Assembly: GCA_030141605.1 (NCBI GenBank)
Contig: JAQGDQ010001337.1
Location: 1 to 46,320 of the forward strand
Direction: 5' to 3'
Length of the DNA stretch: 46,320 bases
DNA from: Tubiluchus corallicola
Taxonomy: Eukaryota > Animalia > Priapulida
The notes below the pieces were generated by a model. The model made no database searches, had not been told where the DNA came from, and saw only the letters and a program-made list of their open reading frames with translations. Shown here piece by piece: positions 37,258 through 46,320 of the stretch. Position numbers and translations under genes: made by a program. How positions within the stretch are numbered: the first letter of the stretch is position 1; the number at the start of each line of letters is the position of its first letter.

Positions 37258-38192
37258 CTAAAATTAATTAACATTCAGATTTAAAAAACGCATTTCCCTG
37301 TATAATTCTTAATGAAATAATAGAATATTTGTTCCCACTGCTACTACATTTCCAAGAAAACTTACACAAGCTACACTACAGAGGCTGTGACATGCTAGTA
37401 GAGTTATGCTTACTTAAAGGGTACCCATACTAAGTCTTCTTGGTCATAGCAGGTAGAATATTTAACTTGGGTATTTTACAAAATAAATTAAAAATAAAAT
37501 TATAAAATAACCAAGTCAAAATGATCTACCTTAATGACCAAAAAAAACGACTGGGCAGACCAATTTGTAAGTAGCCAGCAAGCTGAAAAAGTGTGGTCAC
37601 CCCTGATATTCCCAGATTTTAGTTTCAGCTTAGGCTCAGTAGTACAGACCTCAATCAGTGGCTATTTCATCGATTCATCAGATGTAGTGTTCTTATAGAT
37701 CAGAATCAGAAATGGATAAGAAAAAGAGGAGGATTGAAGAAGAACAGCGAGTCAAAACAGATTAATATGCACTGTACTACACAGACTGTGTGATACACAT
37801 TACTAATATGCATTGTAATGAAATTACCACTGTCTGTCCTGAAAGTAGAAATATATGGTTTGTAATATAAATTTTAGTAACTTCTAAAATAGTTTTTGAG
37901 TGTAGTAGTGCAGTAGTAATGATGTACGAAGGTCGGATGCAAAAAAATCGTTATTAGGTCCTGCTGTACTTGGCTCCTTGACCAAACTGCATATGGCCCA
38001 CAGGAATTGCGGGAAAGTTTAATGTGGCCCTGCTAGTCAGATAATTTGCACACCCCTGCCATACTTGATACAAATAATGAAAATAAATAAAAATGTAAGA
38101 ATCAAATTCAAGGGCATTATAATTCATTGTTCAATAATTTAACTAACTATCAAAATATAGTGAATGCAAGACATCTAGTACACGGTACTTAC

Positions 38193-38287
38193 AATTTCCA
38201 TATCTTGTTCTTCATCATCATCGTCACTGCTCAAGTGTGAATCCTTCCTCTTCTTTTTCTTCTTCTTCACCGGAACAACTGACTCGT
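38193..38287 (-). CDS. Unknown charged protein, exon e (ESVVPVKKKKKKRKDSHLSSDDDDEEQDMEI)
   Basis: Acceptor atttag, donor gtaagt; phase 1 to 0. Confidence 0.75.
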
Positions 38288-38974
38288 CTAAATAGTAGGT
38301 TCAGGTTTATAAGGACTGGACAAGCAGACTCCATTAACAAGCTGTACAAAATACTAGTGCTTCAAAAACTTCAGATTCAACTATTTTAATGTTACTGGTA
38401 GGCAAGGTTACAATAATGTCTGCAGTCAACAGTTTATTGAACAAAAACAAGGCTTCATAGCAGTGGCGGTTCGTGTATGGGTACTGTGGTACTGCAGCAC
38501 CCCCTATTTTCACTCATTATTATCGATAATATTTAATATAATAATCTTTTTTCTTTATACTCGTGCGGAACCGGAGCACGCGAGGGAAGTACAGTTTGCT
38601 TCACAGTCCAAGCAACGCGGTGTTTGGCTGTTGTGCGCATACGGTCACGCGCACACGTCTGAGATGAGACGATGTACTTTGGGTAGAAAGAGAACTGTCG
38701 CTCACTGCAGTACGTGTTGTCAGTTGTCATGTGTTTAAAAGTAGTGTATCGGCATATCCTTGAAATGCGACATTTTAGGCTATTCGAAAGAAAACAATAT
38801 TTTTTGTTGTTTATCGAAGTTATGTTTAAATTTGTTTGTTTGTTTATAATTACAGCTGTTGTTGACCGGATGACCACTTGGTCTTTTGCTGTCTCTTCTT
38901 CACAACATTATTTAAAAAAAACTGTTATATATTTTGTATTTTTGTAATGTGTGTGTCAAGTTAAAATAAAGATT

Positions 38975-39205
38975 ATGTTATGTTATGTTATATTATGTCA
39001 TGTCATACTATGCTATGCTGTTATGTTACATTAAGTTGTCATGCTATGTTATGTGATGTGATGTCATGTCATGCTATGTCATGTCATATTATGTTATGTC
39101 ATGTCGTGTCATGTCATGTTATGCCATGCCATGTAATGCTATGTCATGCCATGCTATGCCATGTCATGTAATGGTATGTCATGCCAACTCATGTCATGTC
39201 ATGTT
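38975..39205. repeat. (ATGYY)n pentamer microsatellite
   Basis: atgtc, atgtt, atgct and atgcc units. Confidence 0.9.
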
Positions 39206-39262
39206 AAGCACGCAAGACGAGTATACTGCACTGAATAACTGAAACCAAAGGCATTGTCTTAC

Positions 39263-39363
39263 CGTCTGTATCACAGTCTGATTCTATTGCATGACGTTTC
39301 TTCAAATATCGAGCTCTGGCTGATATACGACACGTCTCTTCTTCTGCATTTTCTTCATCCATG
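39263..39363 (-). CDS. Unknown charged protein, exon d (MDEENAEEETCRISARARYLKKRHAIESDCDTD)
   Basis: Acceptor tttttttcggtcag, donor g|gtaaga; phase 2 to 1. Confidence 0.75.
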
Positions 39364-39414
39364 CTGACCGAAAAAAAGCGATAAACACTCGAGCACTTTA
39401 ACAAATGACTTTTC

Positions 39415-39433
39415 TAGCACCATCTATTGGCCA
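39415..39433 (-). promoter_or_regulatory. CTCF-like motif
   Basis: Minus strand reads tggccaatagatggtgcta, close to the CTCF consensus; judged by eye only. Confidence 0.4.
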
Positions 39434-40271
39434 CACAAATAAGAAAGCTACATAATGCCAGTATGACAAGTTCGCAAGTAATCTAATTTCATAACTTGTA
39501 CAATTTTACATTGTACTAGCTATATTAAATTTCATAACAAAAAACGAATTATCTCTGAAATACAATAAATGCAACGATTAGAACAGGTTTGATTGCACAG
39601 AAAGAATTAATTGCTATGAACAAATGCAAGATGCATCTGCTGATCAACAGAAATTATGACCTAAATTGATTTTAAACACAATACATCAGCTTCCAGGTAA
39701 GATGAGACATAGCATTATTATAAATACAAACAGTTTCTGAACAATTCAGCTGAAAACTCATGCTGAATTTTAAAAGCATTTGATACCTTTTTTGCAGCAA
39801 TGCGCTGATATAAGCATAGGCGTTTTTATATCTAAATTTATACACCAATTGAATCTCATCAATCGTTACTTAACGACAAAATTAATTAGCAATATTAAGG
39901 CATTAAGTTTCTGAAACATTCGCAAACACAACTAGCACGCAAGCCTAACGAGTAACAGGAATGTTTGCAGGGAATAAAGATATAAATAATGACTGTATGA
40001 GTTCCAAGAAGCTTTTGGTGGAGAAAAATCTCTGCGATAAACATTGGTTACCAAAAATTCCCAATCAGTAATGATCAAAAGAATAATATGTACTGTAAAT
40101 AACATACAACTTAGCTATGTATTTACACTACAAGAAGGTTTTCAGTATATTTTTCAGATTCACACTTATTGGAATCATAACACATCTGTGCAGACTGTAT
40201 GCCCACAAATGTGACAAACTCGCTCATCAACTACAAAAACATATTCGTTAAATTGTTTGTTGTCTGTTTAA

Positions 40272-40885
40272 AGGAAGACAGGACGATTTTTCATATATTA
40301 CCCCATTTTCAAGTCCGATAAAAACATTTCCGTATATACATTTTAACACAATTAATACCGCAAAAGCATTTCTGATAATTAAATAATAGATTAAAAACTT
40401 AATGAACGGCGGGCGAGCCCAACTATTGATGACATCACAAACTAACATAATTTTCAACAGGAAAAATATTTCATGAGCGTGTTGCGAAAGCGAAAGTTGA
40501 AGTACAGTGCTGCTGTAAGACATTCAGTGTGTTGTACTAAAACTAGGCATGTTTTGAGATAAAAACTGAAATTTAAAATTTACCGCTGTACTCACGATGA
40601 ACGTGTGTAGTTCGTCATAAACTAACATATCTGAACTGAGAGGTACAGTACCTGTTTTTGTGTAATGCATTTCCGAAATGCAGGCGTTAGTGCCCATCTA
40701 ACTAGCGAATGGCGAAATGCATGTAACGGCGAAGAACTAGTGGTGCGAACGTGAAATTGTGTTTGTGTGGTAATAATTCTTTCACATAAGTCATTTTTGA
40801 AAAAATAGTATGCTTCCTTTCAATAATTTAAAGAGTAGATTATTTTGACTCACAGTTTACGTTTGAGCACGGTTTTGCTTTAAAA
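40272..40885 (+). mobile_element. Kolobok-like terminal fragment (copy 3 of 3)
   Basis: TTAA|AGGAAGACAGGACGATTTTTCAT; colinear with copies 1 and 2. Confidence 0.65.
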
Positions 40886-40957
40886 GCATACCGTTTTTGG
40901 TGGGTACCATTGGTTGGCAAAACAATATTACACGAAAAATTGAAAAAATTTAATCAC

Positions 40958-41058
40958 CTGGTATCAGTGTCACTCACGAGAAAACGACACGATTTCCGCT
41001 TCAATGACTTAGCTGACTGACTGACTTCTGTGCCAGAATCACTACTCAGTTCTTTTGT
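40958..41058 (-). CDS. Unknown charged protein, exon c (TKELSSDSGTEVSQSAKSLKRKSCRFLVSDTDT)
   Basis: Acceptor ttttcttttatacag, donor ag|gtgatt; phase 0 to 2. Confidence 0.7.
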
Positions 41059-41098
41059 CTGTATAAAAGAAAATTAAACAGTTAGACTTGGGCATAAA

Positions 41099-41497
41099 CA
41101 GCAACAAATTGCAATTTTGTGACTATAGAGAGCCTCTAAGTGGACTTAAAATATCAATTACCTTGTTTCATGCATAATTTAAAATACCCAACTATCAAGG
41201 ATACATGATACCTAATTGTCTCAAAAACGCCTAAGTACTGGCCGCTCCTATGCAAAAGTATATAAAAACTGTCTGCAATTGACTCAAATAACTCCGCACA
41301 ATTGATTCTATATTTTTATACATAGAAATATACACGTGGTTACACTGATGTACGTGATGTAAACAAAGTGACGGCCTGCCAACTAGCGGTCAGTTTGTGA
41401 AATAATGAACTGGGTCTGTAAAAATTTTCTCGACGAATTTACAAAAATGGTCTTCCAAAAACTCGGAATTCCGCATATCCACGCAAAATTCCCATTC
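41099..41497. repeat. Direct repeat block A, second copy
   Basis: Matches 34759-35157. Confidence 0.9.
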
Positions 41498-41601
41498 CTG
41501 CATATATTCAAAGTCCAAGTTCAAATAGCCAATGCCACAAAAATCACACAACAACACAAACGTAAAAACAGTAGGATAGCTACATCATTATTAGAAGTTA
41601 C

Positions 41602-41698
41602 ACTACTAGGATCGTCACTGTCGTCATCATCAATGAAGTCGCTCAAGCTGGAGGGGTCTGAAAGCGCATTACACTCATCTGCATTGTACCTGTGTGTC
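41602..41698 (-). CDS. Unknown charged protein, exon b (THRYNADECNALSDPSSLSDFIDDDDSDDPSS)
   Basis: Acceptor atttatttacag; phase 2 to 0; donor gtaact, with an alternative in-frame gtagct 18 nt further. Confidence 0.65.
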
Positions 41699-41967
41699 CT
41701 GTAAATAAATTAGAAAATCCGTAGTCACAATGCGCTAACTTACTTTGTTACAATCTCACTATACCTCATTGTTAAATAAATGTTAGCCGAGCTCATAAGC
41801 CATTAAACACTTTGGCAGTTGCAATTGACAACAAACCTAAGTTTCAATAAACTATGGTCTAAAAAATCACATTATTCTTCAAATCTAGTATATAACAAAC
41901 ACAAAAGCAGGTTGCTATAATTTAGTAACTAGTGATAACATTGTCCTTATAGTAAAAAAATTTTTAC

Positions 41968-42590
41968 ACATTTGCGTGCCTGCAAACCAAAATCGTTCAT
42001 AAGTCTAAAACTACGTTATGATGGTGCAAGTGGAATGCACCAAAAATTTGGTCAAATGTCAATTTTTTTATAAAAACAAATGCTAAATACATTGGACTTT
42101 AATATTCTAACATCGAATTGTCAAGAAAATGTTTAAGTAGTAGTAAAAATCTAATTTTATAACCACATACTCACTTACCTGTCTAGAAACTAGTAATGCA
42201 ATTGTAAAAAACTTGTATTTGCCATTCAAACTCCGATAGTAACATGTGGAAGCTGCCATTTTCTGTTCTCAAGCCCGGATCTTTCTCAGACAGAGCCATC
42301 TACTGGATTTAAACATAACTTCCGTGTGTTCTTACAAAGCCCATAGCAACCAACATTTGTGCAGTTGCTAAGTGTTTTGCAGAAATGCGATGAAGAAAAA
42401 ATGGCTAAATTTAATAGTGATTTTCTCAAGATTACGTTTTTCAGGGCACAGCCTGCACCTCAACTTCGATTATCTCAGCTTAGAAATAACATAGAGTGAT
42501 GAACTTGGTATCAAAATTATCCTCATGAAATGGAGATTCAGGATGTGTGAATAACTATAAAAACTTAATTGCCAACTTATGGACGATTTT
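41968..42590. repeat. Direct repeat block B, second copy
   Basis: Matches 35514-36150. Confidence 0.85.
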
Positions 42591-42622
42591 TGCTATGCAA
42601 GCACACATTTATAAATACATAC

Positions 42623-42771
42623 TCTTTCATATAATTATTTAGTTTTTTCTTTGGTGTTAAATGTTTTAACTTTCTAGGTGTCTCTGCAATGTTATTAAAA
42701 ACATCGTCTTTTGTTGGCATCACAAAGGCACGCTTAGCACGATGCTTGATCCTGTCGGAGAATCTTCTCTC
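42623..42771 (-). CDS. Unknown charged protein, exon a (ERRFSDRIKHRAKRAFVMPTKDDVFNNIAETPRKLKHLTPKKKLNNYMK); the frame stays open back to an ATG at 42840
   Basis: Acceptor tttttgtttccag, donor ga|gtatgt; phase 0 to 2, compatible with exon b. Confidence 0.65.
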
Positions 42772-45482
42772 CTGGAAACAAAAAGCAAATCCACTAAAAT
42801 TATGATTGCACACTTTCCGGAAGTCTTTACACCCTCTCATCTGAGACCTTTTCTGGCGCTTTCCCTCCGATAACTACCCACTACATGCATCCCTCAAGCT
42901 CTCCCAACTGGATATTGCGAAGGTTATGACAATTAGCAGCCTTAGTGGATCATTTTTTGCCTATAATTTAGTTTTCAATTACTGGCACGGTGCTGCCACC
43001 TGTTTGCTGATTTAGTAGGCATTTAACTTTTTAAAGTAGTCACTCTTTTAAATTGAAGCACCTAATATCCTTCAATACATTATCATTTTGAGTTTTCATG
43101 AGCTATGGCTGCAGTTGTATGACATTTTTCCTGTCTTTTGGATCTCTCCGTCATATTTCTCTATTTTTTTAAAAAAATTATGATTGTGAATTCCTTATGA
43201 ATTTATTGCTGTCACATGTTGTTCATAAAGTCTACTTGCTCATTGCTGTCTTATAACTGCTAAAGGCTCTAACAACGTAAGTCATTATTAGTTTATTTCA
43301 ATACAGTGTGTATATTCTTTATATCAGTTCTTAATTATAGTCATACCATTAATCGTGCAACTAATTTTCTTCTACTCGATGAGAAAAGAAAGGTTAGTAG
43401 AGAATAGAAAGAAAGAGAAAGATGTGATGCTAACTGTATGAAGTAACGCAAACTATAGAAATGCACATCTGTTAATTATCCACACAAGTCGTGCACTGAC
43501 AGCAGAAATACCGGTTTCACCCAAACGAGTTGCATTACATTGGTTCCTGTAGATTCATTACCTCTGATAAATTTAAACAATCAAACCAAATAAAATTTAT
43601 AATCTTTTTACCGTCATTTTAAAATAAGGGTGGACAATTGGACACAACTCCTCTATAGATTTTACCAAATCCGTTAATCTTCATTTCGTCTTCATAACAA
43701 TCTGTAAAAGTTGCATAAAGAGTGAATAAAATCAAATTATAAAATTAATAGGCTTGGGAAAATCATGGATTTGGGGACCTGTCCTCTAAAAAAATCCCAC
43801 ACGTCCCTAATCCAATAATCGCACTTAACAGTAAACTAAAAACTGAAACTTTCCCAAGTTATTGTTTGGACGTCTGAACAGCTAGGCACCCTATTGATTT
43901 AAGAATTTCTTGTTTAGTAAATCTACTTAGTAAATCAAGAAATTTGTAAGTCAATTAAAGTGCAAGATTTTCGTAAGGAAGATAATACAAAAATAAAGAC
44001 TGAACTGCTGGTTGTTTCAGTAATTATTTAGAAAAAGCTGGTGACATTTGCCGATTGTTGGCGCAAGCATATGAATGTTTCATGTGGAATGAATATTCGA
44101 ATTTTGCTTTATTCGATTCACTTAACTTAGTGACACTCAGGAAAATGGAGAACATTACTTTTGTCTAATGAGAAATTTTTCTCGCCATTTTCCTCATGGG
44201 AAATTCTGCAGCCAGCTAGAAGCTATGCATCCTCTTCATGAGGAATTTTGCTACTTAGTAGAAATAAAACACATTCCATTTTTGAGAGGATTCCTCGTGG
44301 AATTTACATTATGATTTAACTGCCTGATTACTGCTTTCTTGTTTAGCAAACAAGCAGTTAACATATTAAAGTAAAAATTAATAAAGTTTTTCTTTTATTA
44401 AAGTGACAGTAATGGTTATTTTCGAGAAAGCGTATAACGCCTGCGGCACCATTTGGTGACCAGTACAATTTAATGTTGCACATGTTTTTACTTTTGTAAT
44501 TTTTCAATGACTCAATATTTTAGTGAGTCAAAAATCTCTAGTGTACCATATACATTATAATGCTTTCTGTGTAAACTATTATTGTAAACTCGTATGCCCA
44601 TAGTAAATCTAGCAATAAATTCTAAAAATTCTAAAAAAGGCAAAGACCTAAATAACAGAAAGGTGCAACACAAAAAATCTGTTCACAGCAAAACTTTGCA
44701 TCAGTATAACGACTAGTGCATCAATTCAACTAGTCTTATATCACACAACACTATATTCACTGATGTACTTTAGACGAAATCTACTTAGGATTGTCGTATA
44801 ATTGTTCCAGCTACCAACTGCAAAGTGACCAGATTAATTAACGTATTCATTTGAACTATTGTTCAAATGTTGACGTGTACAAAATGCCACGCAGCTAACA
44901 GTAACATTTATAAATTAAAACGCAAAAGAATTTCTTTAATATTAACACGAAAACTCTTTCAGAATTCTGATACATTTCACGCTGGAAATGTTTTTACTTC
45001 TCACCATGTGGTTTTCACTTTTCACTGCTGTTAATTGGGACTGCGCCATCTGGCATCAGGTTGCGAAACTATGCTTCAAAATTGTCATAATTTTTATGTA
45101 TTTGTTTATTTATTTCGCATCAACACAAATACACAATTAATACATTAAAAGAAACAAAAAGTTATCAATAATTCAATGAATAACAAACAGTAAGAAACAT
45201 AATAGGAAGCAAATTTTGGAAAAAATGATTTAAATTGTCTTTAGACGTAGATCAACTATGGTAAACAAAGATAGTGATATTGCTACTTCCTTTAATACAA
45301 CATCATCATTACAAATATACTAACTTGACTCTCAAAACACTGTGGGGTTGAAAGATAAACAAGAGAATTATCGCTGTTGTATGTTGCTTAGTAAATTCGT
45401 ATACAGTTTATTTTGAGCACATAACTAGTTTAGATATACCATAGTTTAGTTTTGCTATATATATATATATATACAAGTATAG

Positions 45483-45561
45483 ATGTGTTGCGGGCAATCA
45501 AAAAGCAGGGCTTGTCCCACACTGTGAAAGAAAAAAAGTAATGAAAATAATCTGAAAATTT
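45483..45561 (-). mobile_element. Family W fragment (copy 3 of 3)
   Basis: atgtgttgcgggcaatcaaaaagcagggcttg...aatctgaaaattt matches 25821-25906 with a small deletion. Confidence 0.7.
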
Positions 45562-46320
45562 ATTTTTTAATTTATAGCCCTATACAGTAACATTTATTGC
45601 GTACACATCAATATTATCATAATTATGTATAAACAATAATAGGTTCAGAAACGTTAGTTAAATCACAACAATGATAATTACTACAACAACAGAAAAATAG
45701 ACGATTATTTCAAAAAATCCTTAAGTTACATAATTGTTGCCACAACCCACTTCAATTTTAGTGAAGAACATGTAACTCAATCACTTGTTATACAGACTAG
45801 ATCACTTCTCAGTACATAATGCTAATTAATGCAATTTCTGTAAAGCTGCAAATAAATATATAAATATATTGGCAGTCGTAAGCAAAAATAAGGAATAGCA
45901 AAAGCAATAAAAATATACTTTGTCTAAGAAAAAACACGCTTACCGTAAGTTCACCAAACCGTGTATATCGCTATAAACCTAACATTTCAAAGGAATCTTA
46001 CAATTTTGCAGTCAACTAATGGGTGTATTTCATAAAGCGCTGCTTGCAAGTGCAATAAAGCCCGTTTCACACAGACGAAGCAACGACAATAACGCAAGAA
46101 AGTGTTTTTACAGAATCGTAAAATTTTCAGTAAAAAATCGATTTCGTGATGCAGCAAGAAAGTTCATTTCATGCGAAAACAGTTTTTAGGCGCGTTTAAA
46201 TATCTTCCAGCATTCAATGCTTTTACACAAGGTAATTATGAACCTTATAATTAATAGGCTGTAATAGGCATTAACCACTTCACAGTTTGTGAACACCGAT
46301 AAGTTATGATAATTATGCGT

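Noticed and set aside
43612-43702. Further upstream exon of the minus-strand charged-protein gene
   Set aside because: It has good splice-like ends, but the frame compatible with exon a contains a TGA, so it could not be chained with confidence.

Overview
AT-rich, repeat-dense genomic DNA from an animal, most likely a marine bilaterian invertebrate (spliceosomal introns, a NIT-domain guanylyl cyclase, CTCF-like motifs). The organism cannot be pinned down from the sequence. Four protein-coding loci are supported: (1) a minus-strand membrane NIT-domain guanylyl cyclase, two exons seen, rest not found; (2) a complete EHBP1 CDS with no coding introns; (3) a single-exon class A GPCR with an amine-receptor-type D3.32 and a decayed tandem paralog upstream; (4) a minus-strand gene of at least 7 phase-compatible small exons encoding a charged low-complexity protein. 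Between them lie LINE 3' fragments, TTAA- and TA-flanked MITEs (Kolobok-, piggyBac- and pogo/Tc2-like), a hAT derivative, a 5S rRNA-headed SINE, and several mini- and microsatellites. The most unusual structure is a 58-bp minisatellite that is a 32-fold amplification of the GPCR's own translation start. Each unit reads ATG or ACG plus the receptor's first codons and a junction-created TAG. A second oddity is an intronic 42-bp minisatellite in the cyclase gene in which each unit carries a consensus splice donor inside a small hairpin. All coordinates, counts and identities were read by eye.
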